A stretch of DNA of 62,938 nucleotides from the IMG/VR virus record IMGVR_UViG_2854558644_000001; one strand, written 5' to 3'. This DNA is from a virus (taxonomy: Duplodnaviria > Heunggongvirae > Uroviricota > Caudoviricetes). Made by a program: the position numbers and the translations under genes. The notes beneath the pieces are model-generated. The model was not told where the DNA came from. It saw only the letters and a list, made by a program, of their open reading frames with translations, and did no database searches. This document shows positions 9,577 to 18,923 of the stretch, piece by piece (positions within the stretch are counted from its first letter, which is position 1; every line of letters starts with the position of its first letter).

Positions 9577-12500
9577 TTATTTCATGTATCTACGAGTGGA
9601 CAATGAATTCCGACCTAAGAGCTGATTAGAATTAATCTCTCCAAGGATTTTCTGTATCTTTGAGTTTCCTGCCAGTTCATTAGTAAGCTGTCGTGTAAAG
9701 TCTTCTGGATTGTCTGTGACAACCTTATCAACATTAACATTAATGCCACCAATATCAACTGATTTGTTTGTTGAAACTGGGGTAATATCAGGCAACTTAG
9801 CACCTAAGTTATCCATATACATGTTTGGTGTAGTGATACCCTTAGAAAGATTCCAAAGTTTTTCAACTTGGTCTTTGTTAAATACTGTATCACCTGAATC
9901 AAACTGACGAAGTACTCCATATTTAGTAACAAGTACCTCTGAGCCTGGATTATCTTCACCATAAATATGAAGCCCTTTTGTTGCTGATTTAGTACCTTTA
10001 CGATATCCTCCGATACCTCTTGATTTCATCCATTCGAGCATTGCGACATTATCATCATAACTACCCGTGTAGTCATTACCGAGTCCCATTTGTTCAAAAT
10101 ACATAGCTCTAGCACCAAAGGAAGAATCATAATCAAGACTTTTCAACCTGTCTACTATACTAGTATTTACATTCAATTGATCTTTTGGGAAATAGTCAGG
10201 AGAGTATATCCAATCAACGCCATCTCCACCACTAGAAGAATCACTATCTCCACCGCCAATATCATCCCAATCATAATCAGGTTCACTGTAATCACCTGAT
10301 GAAGATGAGTTAGATTCAGCAGCTTCCTGTTGTCTTCTCTGTTCTTCTAGTTCGGCTTGTCTTTGTGCAGCTTCTTCATTAGCAAGACTAAGCATTTCCT
10401 GAACTTTGCTCTCAATACCACTAACAACATTATTAAGTGTTGTCATTGTATTATCAAATTTTGTTCCGAAATCATTAAATACAGAAGTAATATTATTATT
10501 AATGTTATTTGTATTTGTTTCCCAAATACTCTTCATACCATCGCTAAGATTTATACCAAATTCATTAGCAGTATTAGTGATAGTATCTTTAATTTCTCCG
10601 CTATGAGTATTACTATCATCAATAATCTGTTGAATAAGACCATCAAGGTTGTCTAAACGAGTATTTATCCATTCTTCAGCTTGTGTCGCTAAGTCGTCCA
10701 ACATCTTAGTCTGATCTTCAATGTACTGTTCGTACTCTGTTTCTTCTAACTGGTCTTGTGCATCTTTAAGCTCTGAACTTATAGATTGTTTTTGAGATTG
10801 ACCACTTTCAGAATTATCACCCTGTAAAGCTAATAATCGTTTCTGTAACTGAGCAATAGTAGCAGTTTGTTCAGCAACTGTTCGTTGATAATCATGCAGT
10901 GACTTCTCGGCAGATAGACTCTCTTTTTGTTTGTCAATAACTTTTTGTAAAGCGTTCAATAAATCATTATATCCATCGTTGACCAGATCCTTAATGGCAT
11001 CTTTTTCAGAAATACTTGATTTGATAGCTTCTTGCTGTTTATCAATAAGGTCTTGTTTTCTATCCAATAATTCCTTATCATAAGGATTGTTAACAAGTTC
11101 CTCATCAATTTTAAGAATTTCATCTTTATATTTTTGAGCCTGATTTAGATATAATTGATACTTCTGAACAAGTAACGCCTGTGCAGCTTTACCTTCAGCA
11201 GTAGTATTGCCATTGTCGTCAGTAATACCTTTATCTTTTAATAATTCAACAAGAAATTCAGTTTCACTAATAAGATTCTCTACATCATCTCTTGTTCTAT
11301 CAAATGCATCCCACTTAATCTGCCTGATAGCGTTATCATACTCAATAAGAGCCTTCTCAGCATCAAGAATAGAAGATGTAACAGAGTCAATAGAACTCTG
11401 CATGTCATACCAATCTTCGCTGTATTTCTCTATTTTACCAGAACCAACAGCGGAATTTAAGGCATTCATTAAAGCATTTCTTTCCTGTTTAAGTCTGTCA
11501 AGATTATCCTGTTCAACCTTTTTCATACCTTCGTTAATGGAAGTAGAAGAGAACCAACCCTTAGTGGTGATAATATCCATTTCCTTCTGAAGCTGGTCTG
11601 AATAATCTTTGAAATATGAAATCTTCTTTTCAAATTCAGAAGCTACATTATCAAACCTACTCTTAGCAAGCCCTTTTAATTCAATATTAAGTTCCTGAAC
11701 AGCAGTTTTAGCATCCTGTGCTTTATCATAGAAATCCTGACAATCAGATATAGCATTCTTCAAGTCATCATCATAAATAACATCAATGCTTATAGAACCA
11801 TCTGCAATCTGATTCTTATAATAGTCATCAAGACCATAAGAATTAAATGCATTCATATAGTATTCGTAAGCATCTGACTGTGCATTTATCTCATCTACAA
11901 GTGTACTCATAGAATCTGATAATGCGTTATTACGATTGAGCCATGTAGTTGTTGTATCTGATACAACATTCTTTAGATGTGAATATGCTGTAGAAATCTT
12001 ATTGATTAAGCGTTCAATCCAGTCCACATCTTGTTTTGTTTGTGAAGAGGATGAATCGTTGGAAGATGATGAATCGTCACCTGAAAAACCTTGCCATGAT
12101 AAATCAATACCATTAAAAGCAGACTCAAATGATATATTCTGTAAAGCATTGTAATCATCAACCATTTTCTGCATTTCAGCAATGGCATTTGTCTCTTCAT
12201 CTGCACCATTATCATACAAATATAAACCTAAATCCATATCATCATCCATAGAAGTAGCTTTTGAAGTTAATGACATTAACCCTGTTGCTGTATCTATAGT
12301 AGTCTGATAGAATTTACCCCACATACCAGAAAGATATTTAATAAGCTGATCATCAATCTTCTGTTTAGCCTGTGCGAGATTTTTATAGTTACTGAAATCT
12401 TCGCCATACGCTTCAGATAAGCCTGCAAAGAAATCATTATTTGTGTTTACAAGGTTAGAATAGAATGTACCATCATACTTAGACTTCTCAACAAGTGAGT

Positions 12501-14127
12501 AAATATAAGCATTTTTATCATCCTCATACACACCCTGTAACTGGTCAAACAACTCTTCCTGTGAGATAATACCAAGCATATACTGACCTAAAGCGTCTTT
12601 TGCTTCTGGATACTGCTTGATAATTTTCTGCATTGAATCAACACCGATACGACCTGTTTCAGACATTTCTTTCTGAATAGAAGATAACAAATCCGCTTCT
12701 GACTGAAGGTCTGCTAAGGTTGCTGTCTTAGTCTTATCATCTGATTCTTCAAGAAGGGAAGTAGGATCAAATGTTTTAACAGATAAATCTACCGAACTTT
12801 TGTTAGCTTCCTCTTGAGCAGCTTTAATAGTTTCTTTAAGACTTTCGACTGTAGTATTCTCATCGAAAGTCACATTAGCAAGAATGTTTAAATCATCATC
12901 AGATAAGGTTGAAAGATAATTGTCAATATTTTTCATATCATCCGAACTTAAGTTTTTAGCTTCTTTTGATATTTTAGAAGATAAATCCTCTCGTTTACCT
13001 TTATCAGATAGACTATCCCAGTCATTATTCAGTCTTGCCAACGCATCAGATAATTCCTGCGAAGCTTCTGTAACTTTTTTATAGGTGTCAGAAGTTGAAT
13101 CTAAGCCTTCAACTTGTTCTTTTGCTTCCTCTTGGATGTCCAATGCAGTTTTTTTTGCATCATTACGAGTTTTTTCAAGTTGTGCCTTCTTTTTCTCATA
13201 CTCTTTAGTTTCTTTATTGGAAGGGTTTGATTTATTATTATATTCTTCATTTAATGTATCTAACCTAGATTGATTTAATAGCATTCTTTCTTTGGCTAGA
13301 TTCATTATATCAAGCTTTGTAAGTTTTTTTTCAAATCCATCTTCGTCTACAACCGAATAATCCTTATATTCTTTAGATAAGGAAGGTGTTATTTTCTTAT
13401 TAAAATATTTATTAGCAGTATCTTCTAATTCTTTTTGCTTTAAATCATGACGAGCTTTTTCAATATTATACATATTTTCCAGCTCAGTTTTCTGATTTTT
13501 GAGATTTTCTAACTCTTGTTCGTCTGTAAAACTTAAAGAATCTTGATTGTTAATTTCAGTTATTTTCTGATTTATTTCATCAAGCTGAGTTTTATAATCT
13601 TTTAAAGTTGATTCAGAATCAGAAACATCTTGTTTTAAGTTGGATATTTTATCTTTTAATTCATCAAAACTTGTCGTACAAGCGTCAACGATTTTTACGG
13701 TAGCATAAATTGCACCTATAGCAGCCGTTATAGCAAGTAATACAGGATGAGCGGCAGCAAGCGATTTTAATGATGCTCCCAATCCTTTAATAGCCGTACC
13801 AAATCCAACAGTAGCAGTAGTAGTAGTACCTTCGGCAACAGCTACGGCATTAGTAGCAGTTGCATTGGCAAGTTCAGCCGTAGTGGTTTCAAGAATATTA
13901 CCTGTAAGACCTTTTTGACTCAATATTGCCCTAATCTGCATTTCGTTAAGAGTTGACTCAGCAATTGATGCTTTGACAGCTTCAATAGAATAACCTGACG
14001 TAGCTTTTGCAAGTTTAGCTGCCAAGTTCGCATTTGCATTATATGTATTTTGTAGTTCTTTACTTTTATTTATTATATCATTAATTGTCTTTGTTACATC
14101 TAAAGACTCTCCAACAATTTTTAGTTG
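9577..14127 (-). CDS. Tape measure protein, C-terminal part (predicted exon 2; ORF track starts at 14142)
   Basis: Long helical Ala/Lys/Glu-rich ORF with hydrophobic mid-TMP segment (HPVLLAITAAIGAIYA) and C-terminal GGYRKGTKSA...GEDNPGSEVLV; the ATG at 14142 has no Shine-Dalgarno. Confidence 0.85.
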   Translation of the reverse strand, partial: QLKIVGESLDVTKTINDIINKSKELQNTYNANANLAAKLAKATSGYSIEAVKASIAESTLNEMQIRAILSQKGLTGNILETTTAELANATATNAVAVAEGTTTTATVGFGTAIKGLGASLKSLAAAHPVLLAITAAIGAIYATVKIVDACTTSFDELKDKISNLKQDVSDSESTLKDYKTQLDEINQKITEINNQDSLSFTDEQELENLKNQKTELENMYNIEKARHDLKQKELEDTANKYFNKKITPSLSKEYKDYSVVDEDGFEKKLTKLDIMNLAKERMLLNQSRLDTLNEEYNNKSNPSNKETKEYEKKKAQLEKTRNDAKKTALDIQEEAKEQVEGLDSTSDTYKKVTEASQELSDALARLNNDWDSLSDKGKREDLSSKISKEAKNLSSDDMKNIDNYLSTLSDDDLNILANVTFDENTTVESLKETIKAAQEEANKSSVDLSVKTFDPTSLLEESDDKTKTATLADLQSEADLLSSIQKEMSETGRIGVDSMQKIIKQYPEAKDALGQYMLGIISQEELFDQLQGVYEDDKNAYIYSLVEKSKYDGTFYSNLVNTNNDFFAGLSEAYGEDFSNYKNLAQAKQKIDDQLIKYLSGMWGKFYQTTIDTATGLMSLTSKATSMDDDMDLGLYLYDNGADEETNAIAEMQKMVDDYNALQNISFESAFNGIDLSWQGFSGDDSSSSNDSSSSQTKQDVDWIERLINKISTAYSHLKNVVSDTTTTWLNRNNALSDSMSTLVDEINAQSDAYEYYMNAFNSYGLDDYYKNQIADGSISIDVIYDDDLKNAISDCQDFYDKAQDAKTAVQELNIELKGLAKSRFDNVASEFEKKISYFKDYSDQLQKEMDIITTKGWFSSTSINEGMKKVEQDNLDRLKQERNALMNALNSAVGSGKIEKYSEDWYDMQSSIDSVTSSILDAEKALIEYDNAIRQIKWDAFDRTRDDVENLISETEFLVELLKDKGITDDNGNTTAEGKAAQALLVQKYQLYLNQAQKYKDEILKIDEELVNNPYDKELLDRKQDLIDKQQEAIKSSISEKDAIKDLVNDGYNDLLNALQKVIDKQKESLSAEKSLHDYQRTVAEQTATIAQLQKRLLALQGDNSESGQSQKQSISSELKDAQDQLEETEYEQYIEDQTKMLDDLATQAEEWINTRLDNLDGLIQQIIDDSNTHSGEIKDTITNTANEFGINLSDGMKSIWETNTNNINNNITSVFNDFGTKFDNTMTTLNNVVSGIESKVQEMLSLANEEAAQRQAELEEQRRQQEAAESNSSSSGDYSEPDYDWDDIGGGDSDSSSGGDGVDWIYSPDYFPKDQLNVNTSIVDRLKSLDYDSSFGARAMYFEQMGLGNDYTGSYDDNVAMLEWMKSRGIGGYRKGTKSATKGLHIYGEDNPGSEVLVTKYGVLRQFDSGDTVFNKDQVEKLWNLSKGITTPNMYMDNLGAKLPDITPVSTNKSVDIGGINVNVDKVVTDNPEDFTRQLTNELAGNSKIQKILGEINSNQLLGRNSLSTRRYMK

Positions 14128-14154
14128 CTTAATGACTTTCATGTGAGATATAAT
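14125..14154 (+). promoter_or_regulatory. Candidate sigma70-type promoter for the zinc-ribbon cargo gene
   Basis: TTGCTT (14125-14130), 18 nt spacer, TATAAT (14149-14154); the -35 box straddles the predicted 3' splice site. Confidence 0.4.
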
Positions 14155-14183
14155 TATATTAAAAGTAAATGGAGGTACTATAT

Positions 14184-14588
14184 ATGAATGTAAATGATAT
14201 TATGGATTCTATATGTGATTTTGAATATGAAAATAAAACTCAATTTTCAAAAGAATTTGATTTGGCTTGTAGTCAAGGTGATAAATTAAAAGCATTAAAT
14301 TTAATTACAGAAAAATATAATTGCGCTTTTAATGATGCTCAAGTTATTTGTGATTATTATATAGATGGCAAACCTCTTCCTAATCCCGACCTTACCCCAC
14401 AGCAAATCGCCCAAGCTAACGCACAAGCACAGGATTGGTTAAATAAAGTTCATTGTCCATATTGTAATTCAACAAATTGTAAGAAAATATCAGGAGTATC
14501 AAAAGCAACATCAGTAGCGATGTTCGGTATATTCTCACAAAAGGTAAAAAAACAATGGCACTGTAATAATTGTAAGAGTGATTTTTAA
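14184..14588 (+). CDS. Zinc-ribbon domain protein (intron cargo)
   Basis: GGAGGT RBS; CPYC...CNNC with a short hydrophobic KATSVAMFGIFS segment. Confidence 0.75.
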   Translation: MNVNDIMDSICDFEYENKTQFSKEFDLACSQGDKLKALNLITEKYNCAFNDAQVICDYYIDGKPLPNPDLTPQQIAQANAQAQDWLNKVHCPYCNSTNCKKISGVSKATSVAMFGIFSQKVKKQWHCNNCKSDF

Positions 14589-14666
14589 GTAAGAACTAAT
14601 GTTCCGAATGGTAAAATATTCCTTAATGTAGTATGATAGTAATATCAAATTACAGAGGAGGATACT

Positions 14667-14894
14667 ATGTATACATTTAAAATTAAAAACAAAGATGGTA
14701 AAGTGCAAGAATACAACCATATCAATAAGGTCTATTATGGTCATAAAGGCGTATTAGAATACAATCTTGAAAATGAAGAAATATTTAATCATCATTATTC
14801 AGTTGGATATGATTTACATTTATATTCTGACACTAATGCATTTACCATCTCTAAGTCAGAAATTTCAATTATTGAAGTTATAAAAGAAAACTAA
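14667..14894 (+). CDS. Hypothetical protein (intron cargo)
   Basis: 75-aa ORF with GAGGAGG RBS. Confidence 0.65.
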   Translation: MYTFKIKNKDGKVQEYNHINKVYYGHKGVLEYNLENEEIFNHHYSVGYDLHLYSDTNAFTISKSEISIIEVIKEN

Positions 14895-14897
14895 TAA

Positions 14898-15026
14898 TTA
14901 TTCTCCCAGCTCAATTTCTATCTCTGTATTGAGTTCGGGAGAATTATTCTCCAAGTTCTTTATATACTCAACAATTGGTTTCAGTTCTCGTATTTCATTT
15001 ATTTTAATCTTTATAGATAATTTCAT
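14898..15026 (-). CDS. Small hypothetical protein, 42 aa (not in ORF track)
   Basis: GAGGTG RBS, then MKLSIKIKINEIRELKPIVEYIKNLENNSPELNTEIEIELGE*. Confidence 0.5.
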   Translation of the reverse strand: MKLSIKIKINEIRELKPIVEYIKNLENNSPELNTEIEIELGE

Positions 15027-15108
15027 ATTGATTCACCTCACATATAATAATTTGATAAAATAACAAGTGTATAATTAAGATATTTTTAAGCAGAGGAGTG
15101 GTGAGTTT

Positions 15109-15228
15109 ATGAACAATGATATGTCTCCAACAGAACTATGTTGGCAAACAGGTGATTATACAGATGAATGTTATTGTGAATTCTGTGAACACAGTGACGA
15201 ATGTAGCGGATCTGAAGATAAAGACTGA
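15109..15228 (+). CDS. Small Cys-rich acidic peptide, 39 aa (not in ORF track)
   Basis: GAGGAG RBS, then MNNDMSPTELCWQTGDYTDECYCEFCEHSDECSGSEDKD*, followed by a terminator. Confidence 0.55.
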   Translation: MNNDMSPTELCWQTGDYTDECYCEFCEHSDECSGSEDKD

Positions 15229-15255
15229 TAGGATAGAAGAAAAGAAGAGTAATAT

Positions 15256-15286
15256 AAAAGAGCAGGAGATTAGTCCTGCTCTTTTT
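15256..15286. terminator. Bidirectional intrinsic terminator inside the TMP intervening element
   Basis: AAAAGAGCAGGA-GATTAG-TCCTGCTCTTTT with T-tracts on both strands, between convergent genes. Confidence 0.85.
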
Positions 15287-15287
15287 A

Positions 15288-15710
15288 TTATTTCTTTTTA
15301 TAAAAAATATCTTGAACTAAATTATAAATATATTCTTCTTCAATAGATAAAAATAATGAGAAAGATCCAATAATATCGTTTATAATACTATTCGCAAAAA
15401 ATATTACATAAGAAATGCCTAAAATAAATATAACAATTTCTATCCATTTTATAACTTTTTTGAAATAATTATTCTTTTTTATTTTTGTTTGCCTTCCTAA
15501 AACAGTATTATTTTTAAGCCTAATATAAAACTTGTTTTGAGCATTTTCAAGAATTAAATATATCACAAACCATAACGATACAATGTTAATACTTGCAATT
15601 ATACTAACTATATTTTTACTAGAATTCAATATTGTGCGAATAAAAGCCGCAAAAATAAAAACTCCTAACAATAAAATAAAATGACCATTATTATTTGTCT
15701 TCATCAACAA
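15288..15710 (-). CDS. Membrane protein (intron cargo)
   Basis: Several hydrophobic segments; likely start MKTNN at 15704. Confidence 0.6.
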   Translation of the reverse strand: MLMKTNNNGHFILLLGVFIFAAFIRTILNSSKNIVSIIASINIVSLWFVIYLILENAQNKFYIRLKNNTVLGRQTKIKKNNYFKKVIKWIEIVIFILGISYVIFFANSIINDIIGSFSLFLSIEEEYIYNLVQDIFYKKK

Positions 15711-16167
15711 CCTCTTTCATTTTCGAATAAAACTCAATAGAAGTTAATAGAAATGCATCTATATAGTCATTAATTAATTGAGGTGTTAATTCTTCATAAA
15801 TATTATTAAATAAAGCTCTATAAATATAACTTATCACAGAATTATTATCTTTATTCATATAAATTTTACCAATAGCAACTTTGCTATTAACTTCATTAAT
15901 TGATGATAGAGTGTATACCAAGCTATCTTTATCTAACAATTTATACAATAACGGACAATATATACTTAAGCTTTCATTGTCAGAACAATAAATCATTAAT
16001 TGTAGTTGTATATTTTCCTCTTTGTTTTTGTATTTAATTTTTGGACTAATTAAAAAATTAACATCTTTATCATTTTCTAACTCAATATGTTTAAAATCTG
16101 ATATATTTGATTTACTTAAAATGTCGCTTAAAAAATTAATCATCTTTAATCTTTCTTTTTTTTCCAT
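15691..16167 (-). CDS. YbjN / type III chaperone-like fold protein (intron cargo)
   Basis: AAAGGTG RBS before MEKKE; pattern ...LSSINEVNSKVAIGKIYM...VISYIY resembles YbjN-type proteins. Confidence 0.45.
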   Translation of the reverse strand: MEKKERLKMINFLSDILSKSNISDFKHIELENDKDVNFLISPKIKYKNKEENIQLQLMIYCSDNESLSIYCPLLYKLLDKDSLVYTLSSINEVNSKVAIGKIYMNKDNNSVISYIYRALFNNIYEELTPQLINDYIDAFLLTSIEFYSKMKEVVDEDK

Positions 16168-16171
16168 ATTA

Positions 16172-16387
16172 TCACCTTTGTAAAATATAATTAGTATAAT
16201 ATTGAACATCTTCATTTGAATAAATTGTTATTCTAATTATGTATTTGTCAATACTAATTTCCAAATCATTATTTTCCCATATCGAAGTTCTTTTATTTTT
16301 CAATGTATTCTTCAACTTTAAATCTTTAATAATACAATATAATTGACTAAGATTTTTCTTTTTACTTAACACTATATATTTATTCAT
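16172..16387 (-). CDS. Hypothetical protein (intron cargo)
   Basis: 71-aa ORF packed between operon neighbours. Confidence 0.5.
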   Translation of the reverse strand: MNKYIVLSKKKNLSQLYCIIKDLKLKNTLKNKRTSIWENNDLEISIDKYIIRITIYSNEDVQYYTNYILQR

Positions 16388-16392
16388 TTTTC

Positions 16393-16704
16393 TTATAAAT
16401 CCATTCCATCGATATTATTATAGAAATTACACATTTTATCATACCAATCAGCAAGTTTTAAAGTATCATCAATGAGTAATGTAGAATTCTCATATCTACT
16501 TTGTATTTCTACTAAATAACCTTTTTGCTTCTTATTCCCATAATCTTCAATATATTTAAATATAGAAAGAACAGTTTTATCATCTATTTCTTCATTAAAA
16601 AGTTCTAAATCTTTATTTAAATCTTCTTCGATAGAACATCGCTTCTTTAAGTCTTTTTCAATTTTCTTCACTAATTTTTTGTCAATGAAAAATTTGTTCC
16701 TCAT
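16393..16704 (-). CDS. Hypothetical protein (intron cargo)
   Basis: GGAG RBS before MRNKFFIDKK at 16704. Confidence 0.5.
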   Translation of the reverse strand: MRNKFFIDKKLVKKIEKDLKKRCSIEEDLNKDLELFNEEIDDKTVLSIFKYIEDYGNKKQKGYLVEIQSRYENSTLLIDDTLKLADWYDKMCNFYNNIDGMDL

Positions 16705-16807
16705 ATTTTTCTCCAATAACATAATAATAAACTTCTTAAGTTTATTTCTATTATGATTATAAAATATATTTACAAATATTTCCATCAGAACATTTGTTTA
16801 TTTTAAT

Positions 16808-16837
16808 AAAAGAGTAGCCAATTAATGACTACTCTCT
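16808..16837 (-). terminator. Intrinsic terminator after the DUF262 gene
   Basis: Minus strand AGAGTAGTC-ATTAATT-GGCTACTCT-TTTATT, directly after the stop at 16844. Confidence 0.75.
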
Positions 16838-16843
16838 GAAACA

Positions 16844-17818
16844 TTACTGTAATGTCTTAACAATTGCTCGCCAATATTCAAATCTTCCTCGAACATTTTC
16901 TTTAGAGCCTGTTCCATTCTGAACAAATTGCTTATACTCACTATTAGAATCATAATTAATACAGAAGTCGGCAACCTTATCAACAAGTTTTGTAAACGAC
17001 TTCTTATCTTTAATAATACGATAACCTGAATATAATATTTGTGGGATAGAGGTAACAGGAATTTTAATTTCATCAAATGATTCATCGAATCTATCCATAG
17101 CCTCTTTTAATGTATCAGCTCTACCAAGATACTGATCCGCATAATCAGTTACATAAGTATCAATATCTTTTGTTCTAAAAGATGTAAATTCCTGTTCCTG
17201 ATTAGAAGAAATAAGCATCATTGCCTGGATAATTATATCTCTATCTGTACCATTCTTTCTTTGTGTAGGTGACATAAGTTTATCCATGAATGGATGATTG
17301 GCGAGAGAGTAGACCACTTCACTAAATTCATCTGATTCATGCACCACACGCAAAAGCTTATTTGACAGAGGTTTCCCTGCATTCTGTCTTCGGAAAAGTT
17401 CACGGATATCTGTTTCTGTACAATCGGTCATTCTATAAATCTGCAATTCAGCATTAAGAATTTCAGATTTAACATCTTCATCAAGTTTGTCAAATTTTAA
17501 ACCTGATAAATTCTTTTCTTCACCGTTAATAATAATACCATTCATATCCTTTGATAAAGCAAATATATTCTCAATATAATCTCTTATAGTAGATAAACGC
17601 TGAACACCGTCAATAACCGATAGAGTTCCGTCTTCTTCTACAATTGCATATGTTGGATTAATTGGATAATGGCGAAGTAGTGAATCAATCAAATCTGATT
17701 TTTGCTTACGATTCCATTGTCCCTCTGGTCGCTGTAATTTATGAGAAAGATTAATTGTCCCCTTATTCATATCCTTTACAAGTGATTGTAAAGAGCGAGT
17801 TTTAGATGTATAATCCAT
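16844..17818 (-). CDS. DUF262 (ParB/Srx-fold, GmrS-like) protein (intron cargo)
   Basis: LQRPEGQWNRKQKSDLIDSLLRHYPI, VIDGVQRLST and ELFRRQNAGKPL are DUF262 motifs; GGGAGGT RBS. Confidence 0.85.
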   Translation of the reverse strand: MDYTSKTRSLQSLVKDMNKGTINLSHKLQRPEGQWNRKQKSDLIDSLLRHYPINPTYAIVEEDGTLSVIDGVQRLSTIRDYIENIFALSKDMNGIIINGEEKNLSGLKFDKLDEDVKSEILNAELQIYRMTDCTETDIRELFRRQNAGKPLSNKLLRVVHESDEFSEVVYSLANHPFMDKLMSPTQRKNGTDRDIIIQAMMLISSNQEQEFTSFRTKDIDTYVTDYADQYLGRADTLKEAMDRFDESFDEIKIPVTSIPQILYSGYRIIKDKKSFTKLVDKVADFCINYDSNSEYKQFVQNGTGSKENVRGRFEYWRAIVKTLQ

Positions 17819-17914
17819 ACTTTATTATACCTCCCATATATGTTAATATTTTCATATAACATATCACATATAAAATATTTTTGCAATTATATCAATGAGA
17901 AACAGAGGTTACAT

Positions 17915-18091
17915 ATGTTAAAAATTCATTACTGTCCTAATTGTCATAGAATCACATACACGCATTATATTAAATGTATATGCAGAACATGCAACATTGA
18001 ATGCAAAAATCTTGATATAGAATTTGAAAAATTCTTCTCAATGACGGAATCCGAAAGAGAAGAGTATATTAACTCACAATTACAAAATTAG
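17915..18091 (+). CDS. Small zinc-finger protein (intron cargo)
   Basis: GAGGT RBS before MLKIHYCPNC...CRTC. Confidence 0.6.
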   Translation: MLKIHYCPNCHRITYTHYIKCICRTCNIECKNLDIEFEKFFSMTESEREEYINSQLQN

Positions 18092-18302
18092 AACTATTGT
18101 TCTGGATTGTATTGAATTAAATACAATGGTAAAATATAGACATTGGAGAAACAACATAGATGTGTGCCATAACACTCTATAACCGAAGGTTGTCCCAATG
18201 TCTATTTTTATGGCAGTCGGAATAAATATCTGCCCATTCTGGGCTAAAAGAATATTCCCTACTTATTTATATTCTTACTAAGAAGGGAGGTGAAAATACA
18301 TA

Positions 18303-18488
18303 TTGAATATATTATATGCCGAGATAATCGGTTCAGTAATTCTTGGAATATGTTATGTAATATGCCACATAGCTTCAATCGTTGGCAAATGTTACATCGC
18401 TAAAATCTGCAAAGACTACAGTGATTCCAAAACTGGAAGTTTAGCAGAAATGACTTCTAAGGATATCAATATCAATCTTCATCATTAA
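18303..18488 (+). CDS. Small membrane peptide, possible type I toxin (intron cargo)
   Basis: AAGGGAGGTG RBS, TTG start, N-terminal hydrophobic helix, downstream hairpin. Confidence 0.5.
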   Translation: MNILYAEIIGSVILGICYVICHIASIVGKCYIAKICKDYSDSKTGSLAEMTSKDININLHH

Positions 18489-18842
18489 TGTTCTTCATTT
18501 ATATATTTATTCTCCTTTACTTCAATAGTAGGGGCTGTTTCACGACAGTCCTATTTTATTATTAATCACTAATCTTATGATCATGTCAATATGCATAAAA
18601 AGACTCTTTAATACTATACATTTTCCTCAAAACCTATGTTCTGAATTGTAAAAATATGATATAATGATATAATAAAAATATCTGGGAGGCATACTTATCC
18701 AAAAGGTAAGCGTAAGGGAGCCAGATAATATATAATTAAAAATATAGTCGGTCGCCGAGCAGGTATTGCTTGGGCAATAAACCCCTTCAGTGTTTCTGTT
18801 GTATACAAAGCAGAAGAAACTAATAAAAGGAGGAACGACATT

Positions 18843-18923
18843 ATGAATTGCCATATTAGAATGAGCACGTCTTTTGTTATTGCGCTTATAGCGTTGTTTA
18901 TTGTCATTAAATTATGTTTTTAA
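18843..18923 (+). CDS. 26-aa hydrophobic peptide, possible type I toxin (not in ORF track)
   Basis: AAGGAGG RBS, then MNCHIRMSTSFVIALIALFIVIKLCF*; terminator at 18964-18987. Confidence 0.5.
   Translation: MNCHIRMSTSFVIALIALFIVIKLCF

Noticed and set aside
9577-14142. Second TMP ORF as an independent gene starting at ATG 14142
   Set aside because: No Shine-Dalgarno upstream and the sequence begins mid-TMP in character; less well supported than the splice model.
14895-14950. Stand-alone terminator hairpin
   Set aside because: Lies inside the 42-aa ORF at 14898-15026 and lacks a clear U-tract.
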